Positions 57,548 through 64,000 of a stretch of 64,000 nucleotides of DNA are shown here, in pieces (the first letter of the stretch is position 1; each line of letters starts with the position of its first letter). The position numbers and the translations under genes are program-made. This DNA is from a virus, in IMG/VR virus record IMGVR_UViG_3300020185_004014, positions 2,620-66,619 of that record; one strand, 5' to 3'. Under the pieces are notes generated by a model. The model was not told the DNA's origin. It did no database searches and saw nothing but the letters and a program-made list of their open reading frames with translations.

Positions 57548-58275
57548 AGAATTGTGTAGTAATCCCTGGTTATAACAATTATAAAGAAAAGTTACCTTTT
57601 GGATTAAAATCTTGGGAGTATTATTGTAATAAATATAATTTAGAATTAACTGTCCTAGATAGTGAAAGTTCTTTTAATCGCAACCAAGCAATTTGGCAAT
57701 GTTGGTTTGATATAGAAAAGATTTTTACTAAACATGATAGGATGCTTTTAGTAGATTTAGATACTATAGTAAGGTGGGATACTCCTAACTTATTTGAAAT
57801 ATTCTCCTCCCATTTTAATTGCATCAATCATTGCCCACATTTTGGAGAATCGCCGGGTGAATATCATTATGAGGAATGGAAAAACTTTATAGATTTTATT
57901 CCTAATAACTCATTTTATTTCAATACAGGAGTACTTCTATTTAATAAATCTCATTATAAAACTATTAAAAAATATCTACTTCCTTATTATGAATATTATA
58001 TGGATCAAGAGTTAGTAGGAAACAACCCCCCTCCTAATAAACAACGTTTAAGTGCTTATGAACAAACCCCTATAAATTTAGTAGTACAAAAACATTTAAC
58101 ATCCGAAATAAGATTTAAACCTCTTCTTTTTAATGACTTAGTTATGACTAAGTATAATGATTATAAATTTATTGATGAATCATATATATGGCATTTTACG
58201 GGTAATAACATGGGTAATGATAGAGCACAAGTAATGAACCAAACCTGGAACCAGGTAAAACAATATTATAAATGA
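57544..58275 (+). CDS. GT-A fold glycosyltransferase (GT8/GT34-like)
   Basis: VDLD, FNTGV, EQTPIN, WHFTG. Confidence 0.75.
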   Translation: MKNCVVIPGYNNYKEKLPFGLKSWEYYCNKYNLELTVLDSESSFNRNQAIWQCWFDIEKIFTKHDRMLLVDLDTIVRWDTPNLFEIFSSHFNCINHCPHFGESPGEYHYEEWKNFIDFIPNNSFYFNTGVLLFNKSHYKTIKKYLLPYYEYYMDQELVGNNPPPNKQRLSAYEQTPINLVVQKHLTSEIRFKPLLFNDLVMTKYNDYKFIDESYIWHFTGNNMGNDRAQVMNQTWNQVKQYYK

Positions 58276-58916
58276 AAATAAGTTATCAAATATTATGTAA
58301 AAATGAAGATAGTTCATTAGAAAAATTATTAGATTTTTTAGTAACTCACAAAAGAGATGAGGATGAAATTAATGTGTGTAGAGATAGTTTAGGTAAAAAT
58401 CCCACAACTCTACAAGTAATTGATAATTTCAAAAACCACATTAATTACTTCGAAAGAGAAATTACCCACACCATTCACAACCAAAAAAATTGGCTAGCTG
58501 AACAAGCTTCAGGGGATTACCTATTCTATTTAGATGCTGATGAATTACTATATGAAGAATTTATTAGTGCCCTCCCAACTATTATCGAAACTAACCCTGA
58601 TGTTGATATTTACTTCCTTCCTCGAATAAACATTGTGGAGGGAATTACCCAAGAATACATTAGCCAAAGAGGATGGCAAGTAAATGAAAAAGGATGGATC
58701 AACTTCCCAGACGTACAAGATAGACTATTCAAACATGGTGGAGGAATAAAATTTAATGAAATTCCTCATGGTAGATTGCTAAATGAGGGTAAAAAATATT
58801 CTTTCCTACCTGCAGAAGAATTGTACTCTATTATCCATATTAAATCGTTTGAAAAGCAAACAAGTGATAATAGCTGGCATGATAATAAAGAGAGGGAATT
58901 AGGATTACGTAAGTAA
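58272..58916 (+). CDS. GT2 glycosyltransferase
   Basis: CKNE, QKN, LDADE, PRIN, PDVQDRLF. Confidence 0.82.
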   Translation: MKISYQILCKNEDSSLEKLLDFLVTHKRDEDEINVCRDSLGKNPTTLQVIDNFKNHINYFEREITHTIHNQKNWLAEQASGDYLFYLDADELLYEEFISALPTIIETNPDVDIYFLPRINIVEGITQEYISQRGWQVNEKGWINFPDVQDRLFKHGGGIKFNEIPHGRLLNEGKKYSFLPAEELYSIIHIKSFEKQTSDNSWHDNKERELGLRK

Positions 58917-58917
58917 A

Positions 58918-59640
58918 ATGGGTAAAATTTTAACTATTATTCCTGTCTATAATAAAGAAGAATTTTTAGAGGGGGCAATTGAAAGTGTACTTCAACAAAC
59001 CCATAAAAATATAGAGCTAGTACTTGTAGATGATTGTTCTACTGATAAGTCTCTAGAAATAGCTAAATCATATGAACATTTAGATAATGTAACAATACTA
59101 CAAAATTCTGAAAATAGAGGGTGCTATTATACTATTAATAGAGGATTAGAGCATTTTAAAGATAAAGAATGGGATTACTTCACGGCGCATGGTGCTGATG
59201 ATCTTTCGGATGTAACTAGGTTTGAAACTCTTTTAAAATATTTTGATAAACCTAATTTATTAGGCTTAAAGTCTACTTACATAAGAGTCAATACTGATTT
59301 AGAACCCCAAATAGATCCCCAAAGTGGTCAATACCGAATACGTGCTTCTGAAGGAATAGCTATGTTCCCTAGAAAAACATTTGAAATTTTAGGTTATTAT
59401 GACAATACTAAAGTTTCTGGGGATACTGATTACTGGTGGAGGTGTGAAGCTTATTGTAAAATTAATCCCACATATACTTTAACAGAGTCTTTAGAGCATT
59501 TATATTTGGCTATAGTACATGGGGAAAATTTAACTACAAAAATACCCCCCTCTACTAGAGGGGGATACTTCCAAAAATCTCGGAATGAAATACAGCAAAT
59601 GATTCAAACTGGTAATTTTTACAGAAATATTTTTAAATAA
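58918..59640 (+). CDS. GT2 glycosyltransferase
   Basis: IIPVYN, VDDCSTD, NRG, GADD, GDTDY. Confidence 0.88.
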   Translation: MGKILTIIPVYNKEEFLEGAIESVLQQTHKNIELVLVDDCSTDKSLEIAKSYEHLDNVTILQNSENRGCYYTINRGLEHFKDKEWDYFTAHGADDLSDVTRFETLLKYFDKPNLLGLKSTYIRVNTDLEPQIDPQSGQYRIRASEGIAMFPRKTFEILGYYDNTKVSGDTDYWWRCEAYCKINPTYTLTESLEHLYLAIVHGENLTTKIPPSTRGGYFQKSRNEIQQMIQTGNFYRNIFK

Positions 59641-59654
59641 AAATAAACACTTGC

Positions 59655-59663
59655 AATATTTAT
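59655..59663 (+). promoter_or_regulatory. AATATTTAT motif (candidate late promoter)
   Basis: 4 nt before ATG 59668. Confidence 0.4.
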
Positions 59664-59667
59664 TATT

Positions 59668-60015
59668 ATGGATAAGGAAAAGAAAAAACGTGAAATCCTT
59701 TCTGTGGAAATACTTTATGATGATAAAGAAGATTTAGATATATTAACTGAATCTGAAGATTTCCACAAATTATTGTTTGATGAAGTTGTAACTGGAATAG
59801 GGGAAGCATTAGAAACCAATTCTACTACAGCTAAAATAATTTATATACCTAATCTAGAATGCTCTGTAACCATATACAGACGTAATTTTAAAGCCGCTAT
59901 CGAGGGGGTTATTAAATTTTATGAAAAACAGGAAGATTATAAAAAATGTGCTGAATTAGTTAAATTAAAGGAAAAGGTTGATGGGACAAAAAAAAGAAGT
60001 AAAGGAGATTCTTGA
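59668..60015 (+). CDS. protein with C-terminal UVR-like motif
   Basis: FYEKQEDYKKCAELVKL. Confidence 0.6.
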   Translation: MDKEKKKREILSVEILYDDKEDLDILTESEDFHKLLFDEVVTGIGEALETNSTTAKIIYIPNLECSVTIYRRNFKAAIEGVIKFYEKQEDYKKCAELVKLKEKVDGTKKRSKGDS

Positions 60016-60397
60016 ATCTATTTTAGGTACTACTATTCATTTTACTAGTGATAAAGCAGATGCTGCAACTAGGATAAAAAATGAATTTATTAGAATAATG
60101 GATATGTTTGAAGAAGCTTGGCAACGTCAACACGATTTATATTCTAACTACAAAATAGATACTTCTTCAATGGATGATATATTTTTTCAAGTTATAGAAA
60201 GTTTAATCCATTTTTGTTTTGAACCCCTAGCAGCTGAAGCAATATTATTTTACGTATACACTAGGTTTGATAGTGGTGAAGAGATAGTACCTTTTTTAGA
60301 TGATGAAGGGGTAGAACATATTTTCAATAATAAAGAAGAATTATGGGATTATTTAGTAGATTTAAGAATTAAAATAGATAAAAATGCCAAAAGCTAA
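59978..60397 (+). CDS. hypothetical acidic protein
   Basis: 139-aa ORF overlapping both neighbours. Confidence 0.6.
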   Translation: MMGQKKEVKEILESILGTTIHFTSDKADAATRIKNEFIRIMDMFEEAWQRQHDLYSNYKIDTSSMDDIFFQVIESLIHFCFEPLAAEAILFYVYTRFDSGEEIVPFLDDEGVEHIFNNKEELWDYLVDLRIKIDKNAKS

Positions 60398-61007
60398 ACC
60401 CCTAAGCAAACAGCAGATACAAGCAGCTATGAATAAGACTATGTCTAATAGAGCGGCTTCAAGATACTTAGGGGTATCCTACATTCATTACAAAAAATGG
60501 GCTCAAAACTATGACAGTGAAACCCATGAAAATTTATTTGAACAACATAAAAACCAATCAGGTAAAGGTATACCTAAATTTTTAAATGGTAGTGTAAAAC
60601 AACCTGCTGTATTGGATATTATAGAAGGTAGAGTTGACAGCTCCCACTTCTCAGCATCTAAAATCCGTGAGAGGATGATAGGGGAAGGTTATCTAAACGA
60701 TTGTTGTTCCAATTGTAATTTTAATGAACGAAGGGTATTAGACTATAAAGTTCCGTTAATAATGAACTTTAAAGACGCTAATAAAAAAAACTATAAGCTG
60801 GATAATGTAGAACTTCTTTGTTACAACTGCTATTTTTTAACAGTAGGGGATATATTTAGTGACAAACAGATTCAAACAATGGAGGAACACAAACCAGTTA
60901 ATGAAGGTAAAGTAGATTGGGAAATTAATGATTACCACTTACAACGCTTAAAAGAACTAGGTTTGGGAGATGATGAAAATGAATTTGATTTAATATCAAG
61001 AATATGA
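60384..61007 (+). CDS. HTH plus degenerate HNH/zinc-finger protein
   Basis: SNRAASRYLGVSY HTH; CSNC...NYKLDNVELLCYNC. Confidence 0.7.
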   Translation: MPKAKPLSKQQIQAAMNKTMSNRAASRYLGVSYIHYKKWAQNYDSETHENLFEQHKNQSGKGIPKFLNGSVKQPAVLDIIEGRVDSSHFSASKIRERMIGEGYLNDCCSNCNFNERRVLDYKVPLIMNFKDANKKNYKLDNVELLCYNCYFLTVGDIFSDKQIQTMEEHKPVNEGKVDWEINDYHLQRLKELGLGDDENEFDLISRI

Positions 61008-61717
61008 ATGACGTAATTGAATGGTCCGGGTATAAATGGTTAACCCAAGAAAGGTGGGGACGAGTTCATAAGGATAAGTCCTACTGTTGGTATGATCCTA
61101 GTGCAGTAGAAATTACTCTAAAAAACCATCTAAATCTAAAAACCCAGTATAACCCCAAAGAATTCCCTGAGTTAGGAATTAGATCTAAAATGGGAGTAGG
61201 GTTAGTTTCATGTGCCACAGAATTTGGTCCTGGAACTTTTGAAATAGAAGCCAAATTACCCTATGGCAAACATTTATGGCCAGCCTTTTGGATGTGGAGC
61301 TGGGATAGTTGGCCACCTGAGATTGACATATTTGAAGGTTATTCACATAAAAATCCTAATTATTTTAGATTTAATTGGAATAAGCCCTGGTGTTTTTGGA
61401 ATGTGGACACTAATGTTCATTATAATGAATATGAAACAGGTAAAAATAAAATGGTAGGGTCCAAAAGTCATTATATGGGTTTTAAAGACCCTACAAAACA
61501 TTTTATAAAGTATAAATTAAAATGGACTAAAGAAGGTTTATATTTTTTCTATGATAATAGGTTAGTACGTGTTATAGAGGATATGGCTGTAATGAATCAA
61601 ATAAGCACCACTAAAATGAATGTTGTAATAAATAATCATGTCACACAAGATTTACCTTACTCTAAAGTACCACTTAGTAACTTTATTATAAAATATTTTA
61701 AGTATGAAGAAGCGTAA
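61004..61717 (+). CDS. glycoside hydrolase family 16
   Basis: GTFEIEAKLP, WPAFWM, catalytic EIDIFE, FFYDN. Confidence 0.88.
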   Translation: MNDVIEWSGYKWLTQERWGRVHKDKSYCWYDPSAVEITLKNHLNLKTQYNPKEFPELGIRSKMGVGLVSCATEFGPGTFEIEAKLPYGKHLWPAFWMWSWDSWPPEIDIFEGYSHKNPNYFRFNWNKPWCFWNVDTNVHYNEYETGKNKMVGSKSHYMGFKDPTKHFIKYKLKWTKEGLYFFYDNRLVRVIEDMAVMNQISTTKMNVVINNHVTQDLPYSKVPLSNFIIKYFKYEEA

Positions 61718-61859
61718 ACATCAAAAGTTAGTAACTGATTACGAAAAGCAAAAAAGTAAACACCTTGAAAAGCTTGCAACAAAAAGCTTGGAGAATGATG
61801 AAAAGATGCTTAAATTCAAGTCAAAAGAAATAAAAGGAGATTATCTTGACTTATTTTGA
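61704..61859 (+). CDS. small basic hypothetical protein (51 aa, not in ORF track)
   Basis: MKKRKHQKL...GDYLDLF; fills the gap exactly. Confidence 0.6.
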   Translation: MKKRKHQKLVTDYEKQKSKHLEKLATKSLENDEKMLKFKSKEIKGDYLDLF

Positions 61860-61860
61860 T

Positions 61861-62172
61861 ATGCCATATGTTAAGCAAATAAAAGTAGAAACGTATGAGG
61901 AATTTCTCGCTATGGCTAAAACTAAAGATTTTATGTTGGCTAAAGGAATTGTAGAAAAAGTATTAAGTAACTTGAATACCAAGAAAAAAGAAATACCTGT
62001 GTTCGAAGTAGAAGTGGGGGAAGAAGGGGCTATTTATACCTTATCCATGGCAACATCTGAATTTGTAGATATTTTGGAAAAAAACCTTGCTCATTATGAG
62101 CGTGAAGAAGAGTATGAAGATTGTACAAAAATTATTAAAGCAATAACCTATTTAAAATCAAAAAATGGCTAG
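61861..62172 (+). CDS. protein with C-terminal UVR-like motif, probable paralogue of 59668
   Basis: HYEREEEYEDCTKII; ATG 61861. Confidence 0.6.
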   Translation: MPYVKQIKVETYEEFLAMAKTKDFMLAKGIVEKVLSNLNTKKKEIPVFEVEVGEEGAIYTLSMATSEFVDILEKNLAHYEREEEYEDCTKIIKAITYLKSKNG

Positions 62173-62305
62173 GAAAATCAGCGCATTAGAAAATGCCCCC
62201 AGCAACAACAAAGTGAACCGGCCTGGTGTTCACGCTAAAACCAGAACCAGCAACAATAAAAATTCTAAACATTATAAAAAAGCCTATAAAGGTCAAGGAA
62301 GATGA
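62165..62305 (+). CDS. small basic peptide ending YKGQGR (46 aa, not in ORF track)
   Basis: MARKISALE...SKHYKKAYKGQGR. Confidence 0.65.
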   Translation: MARKISALENAPSNNKVNRPGVHAKTRTSNNKNSKHYKKAYKGQGR

Positions 62306-62475
62306 GTAAAAATAGCCCCCACCAAAGGTTAGAAACGTTCAAAGATTGGGACCGCTTTATGGAGAATGAATCTCCTGCTTACAAAGAGCGCAAGAAGAAA
62401 AAATCAAAAAAGCCAGGTTACCTCCCCCCTGAGGAAGAGGATCTTCAAGATTACTATAGTGGTAAACGTAAGTGA
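62302..62475 (+). CDS. small hypothetical protein (57 aa, not in ORF track)
   Basis: MSKNSPHQRL...YYSGKRK; ATGA-coupled to the previous ORF. Confidence 0.55.
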   Translation: MSKNSPHQRLETFKDWDRFMENESPAYKERKKKKSKKPGYLPPEEEDLQDYYSGKRK

Positions 62476-62743
62476 TCCCCAAATAGTAAGTGTAGAAGAA
62501 GCTATAAAGGCCATGTCCGAAGAGGACTTGGCTTTTGTAGCTACCTACTACCCTATGATGCTTAAAGATATGTGTTTAATGCTATCTTTAGAGGACCAAC
62601 TAAAAAAGGAAAATAAAAAGGTTAGTCATATGACCGTCATAGCAAAACCGAGGGAGCGTAAAAATTTATTCTTATATTTATGGAATAAGTTTAAGCAATG
62701 GCAATTTTTCAAATTTGGGAAGACGGAAAATACCGAGAGGTAA
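62459..62743 (+). CDS. hypothetical protein
   Basis: 3' part of track ORF 62366..62743; GTG 62459 avoids a long overlap. Confidence 0.45.
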   Translation: MVNVSDPQIVSVEEAIKAMSEEDLAFVATYYPMMLKDMCLMLSLEDQLKKENKKVSHMTVIAKPRERKNLFLYLWNKFKQWQFFKFGKTENTER

Positions 62744-63123
62744 TACAAGAATCTTCACAATTTAAGTATAAACCTAAAGGACACAAGTTTGTGAATGTAC
62801 AACGCTTGACATATGAGCATGAACATAGTTGGATGCCTCCTTCACTTATAGTGAATAATGGTAAAAAATATATTATCCCTAATTGGGATGAGGTACATCC
62901 CAAAACCAGACTAAGTGACATTAGGTGGGAACGTCCTGAGGCTAAACCTAAGGAACCTGAAATGGTGATTAAGGAATTTACTTCTAAAAGTAACCCTGAT
63001 ATTACTTATGAGGCACGTAAAGTAACTTTGCCTACTGGAAAAATACAATATAGCTGTACATGTCCTGGGGTATGGAGAGCAAAAGACAGAAAATGTCGTC
63101 ATATCAAAGATTTGGAATCCTGA
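62698..63123 (+). CDS. SWIM zinc-finger protein
   Basis: SCTCPG...CRHI. Confidence 0.75.
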   Translation: MAIFQIWEDGKYREVIQESSQFKYKPKGHKFVNVQRLTYEHEHSWMPPSLIVNNGKKYIIPNWDEVHPKTRLSDIRWERPEAKPKEPEMVIKEFTSKSNPDITYEARKVTLPTGKIQYSCTCPGVWRAKDRKCRHIKDLES

Positions 63124-63142
63124 ATCTCAATTCGTATATTTA
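63111..63142 (+). promoter_or_regulatory. sigma70-type promoter
   Basis: TTTG-N20-TATATTTA with TTCG extension. Confidence 0.65.
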
Positions 63143-63159
63143 GTAAATAAGATAAGGAA

Positions 63160-63453
63160 ATGAGGAATAAACAACATAATAGTCGCCGTCGCCGTAGGGA
63201 TTATAATAGTACAATGAACAACCTAGCTTATGCTATGGTTAGGGGTGATGTTAATTCTGTTAAAGATTGTTTTGAAAGGATAACACGTTATGGTGGGACG
63301 ATGAGTCGTCGTGACTGTGAGCAATTCCTTAGAGAGTTTAGAGCAGAAATGGAAGAGAAAGTTCCTAGCAAACAGCAACGTTCAGTAGGTATGGAAAAAT
63401 CCAAGCGGAATCGTGAAATGCGTGAACTGAAAAGGCTAATGGAAAAAGGATAA
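63160..63453 (+). CDS. basic hypothetical protein
   Basis: 97 aa, R-rich. Confidence 0.6.
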   Translation: MRNKQHNSRRRRRDYNSTMNNLAYAMVRGDVNSVKDCFERITRYGGTMSRRDCEQFLREFRAEMEEKVPSKQQRSVGMEKSKRNREMRELKRLMEKG

Positions 63454-63469
63454 AATTTCCGCAAAAGGA

Positions 63470-63501
63470 TTTGGGATCCGGAAATTCAGTTCGTATATTC
63501 A
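63470..63501 (+). promoter_or_regulatory. sigma70-type promoter upstream of small ORF and tRNA cluster
   Basis: TTTG-N20-TATATTCA with TTCG extension. Confidence 0.65.
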
Positions 63502-63524
63502 TGGGGTAAGGTTAAGGCAGAGAA

Positions 63525-63614
63525 ATGACAGATTTTCAAATTTATTGTTGGAGTTTTTTGAGTTTGGTGGTTGTTTTTAATATTTATACTTACTTTAAGT
63601 ACATTAAAAAATAA
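63525..63614 (+). CDS. 29-aa single-TM peptide
   Basis: MTDFQIYCWSFLSLVVVFNIYTYFKYIKK downstream of a promoter. Confidence 0.4.
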   Translation: MTDFQIYCWSFLSLVVVFNIYTYFKYIKK

Positions 63615-63625
63615 AATAAAAATAT

Positions 63626-63711
63626 GCTCGGGTGGTGAAATAGGTAGACACGAGGGACTTAAAATCCCTTTCGCCGAACGGTGAGTGCGGGTTCGAGCCC
63701 CGCCCCGAGTA
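63626..63711 (+). tRNA. tRNA-Leu(UAA)
   Basis: GCTCGGG/CCCGAGT acceptor stem, CT-TAA-AA loop, long variable arm, TTCGAGC T loop; CCA not encoded. Confidence 0.93.
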
Positions 63712-63720
63712 CAAAAGCAT

Positions 63721-63794
63721 GCCCCCTTAGCTCAGTGGATTAGAGCAACGCACTTCTAATGCGTAGGTCACAGGTTCAAGTCCTGTAGGGGGTA
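63721..63794 (+). tRNA. tRNA-Arg(UCU)
   Basis: GCCCCCT/AGGGGGT acceptor stem, ACGCA-CTTCTAA-TGCGT, TTCAAGT. Confidence 0.95.
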
Positions 63795-63843
63795 CTAAGT
63801 TCTTTATGTATTGAGATAAATTAACATTCGTTTGAAATAATAT

Positions 63844-63917
63844 GCGCTTGTAGCTCAGCTGGTTAGAGCGTCCGACTCATAATCGGCAGGTCCTAGGTTC
63901 AAGCCCTAGCAGGCGCA
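63844..63917 (+). tRNA. tRNA with CAU anticodon (Ile2-like or elongator Met)
   Basis: GCGCTTG/CAGGCGC, CCGA-CTCATAA-TCGG; paired G1-C72 argues against initiator. Confidence 0.9.
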
Positions 63918-63923
63918 CTATTT

Positions 63924-64000
63924 CGTCCGGTATCTCCTCAAGCTTATACCTTGTAGAAAGAGTAACTGGTTACATATGGGTTCAATCCCCATCCGGACGA
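63924..64000 (+). ncRNA. tRNA-like RNA without a canonical D arm; UAU in a 7-nt loop
   Basis: CGTCCGG/CCGGACG acceptor stem plus A; ATGGG-TTCAATC-CCCAT T arm; CAAG-CTTATAC-CTTG; GTAA-CTGG-TTAC hairpin. Confidence 0.75.

Overview
This is a 64-kb segment of a large AT-rich, lytic-type dsDNA tailed phage genome. All credible genes are on the + strand in the standard genetic code. The host is very likely Bacteroidota (Flavobacteriia-like), based on TTG-N19/20-TAnnTT promoters, A-rich start contexts without Shine-Dalgarno sites, type IX secretion (T9SS) C-terminal domains and a Bacteroidota-type TonB receptor. Layout: 1-15.2 kb virion fibre/adhesin genes. 15.2-24.4 kb replication core (PolA-like, SSB, RecA/UvsX, 5'-3' exonuclease, DnaB, NrdB/NrdA). 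24.4-26.2 kb holin/spanin-like genes and a thermonuclease. 26.7-41.4 kb a 7-deazaguanine pathway (TGT/DpdA-like, queC, queD, queE, later hpt-folE-MazG-like) interleaved with three T9SS cargo genes, thyX, a small beta-barrel, a PiT-like transporter, an endolysin and a TonB receptor. 43-51.7 kb a family B polymerase split around a small ORF, sliding clamp, Hsp20/GroES/GroEL and clamp loader. 51.7-61.7 kb a glycosyltransferase/methyltransferase/GH16 cluster. Then small ORFs, three tRNAs and a tRNA-like RNA with rearranged arms. Best candidates for new biology: the guanine-salvage-coupled deazaguanine module, the T9SS cargo plus importer island, a 5'-3' duplex bracketing hsp20, the rearranged tRNA-like RNA, and the palm-split PolB. 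All calls come from motif recognition by eye; no database searches were run.
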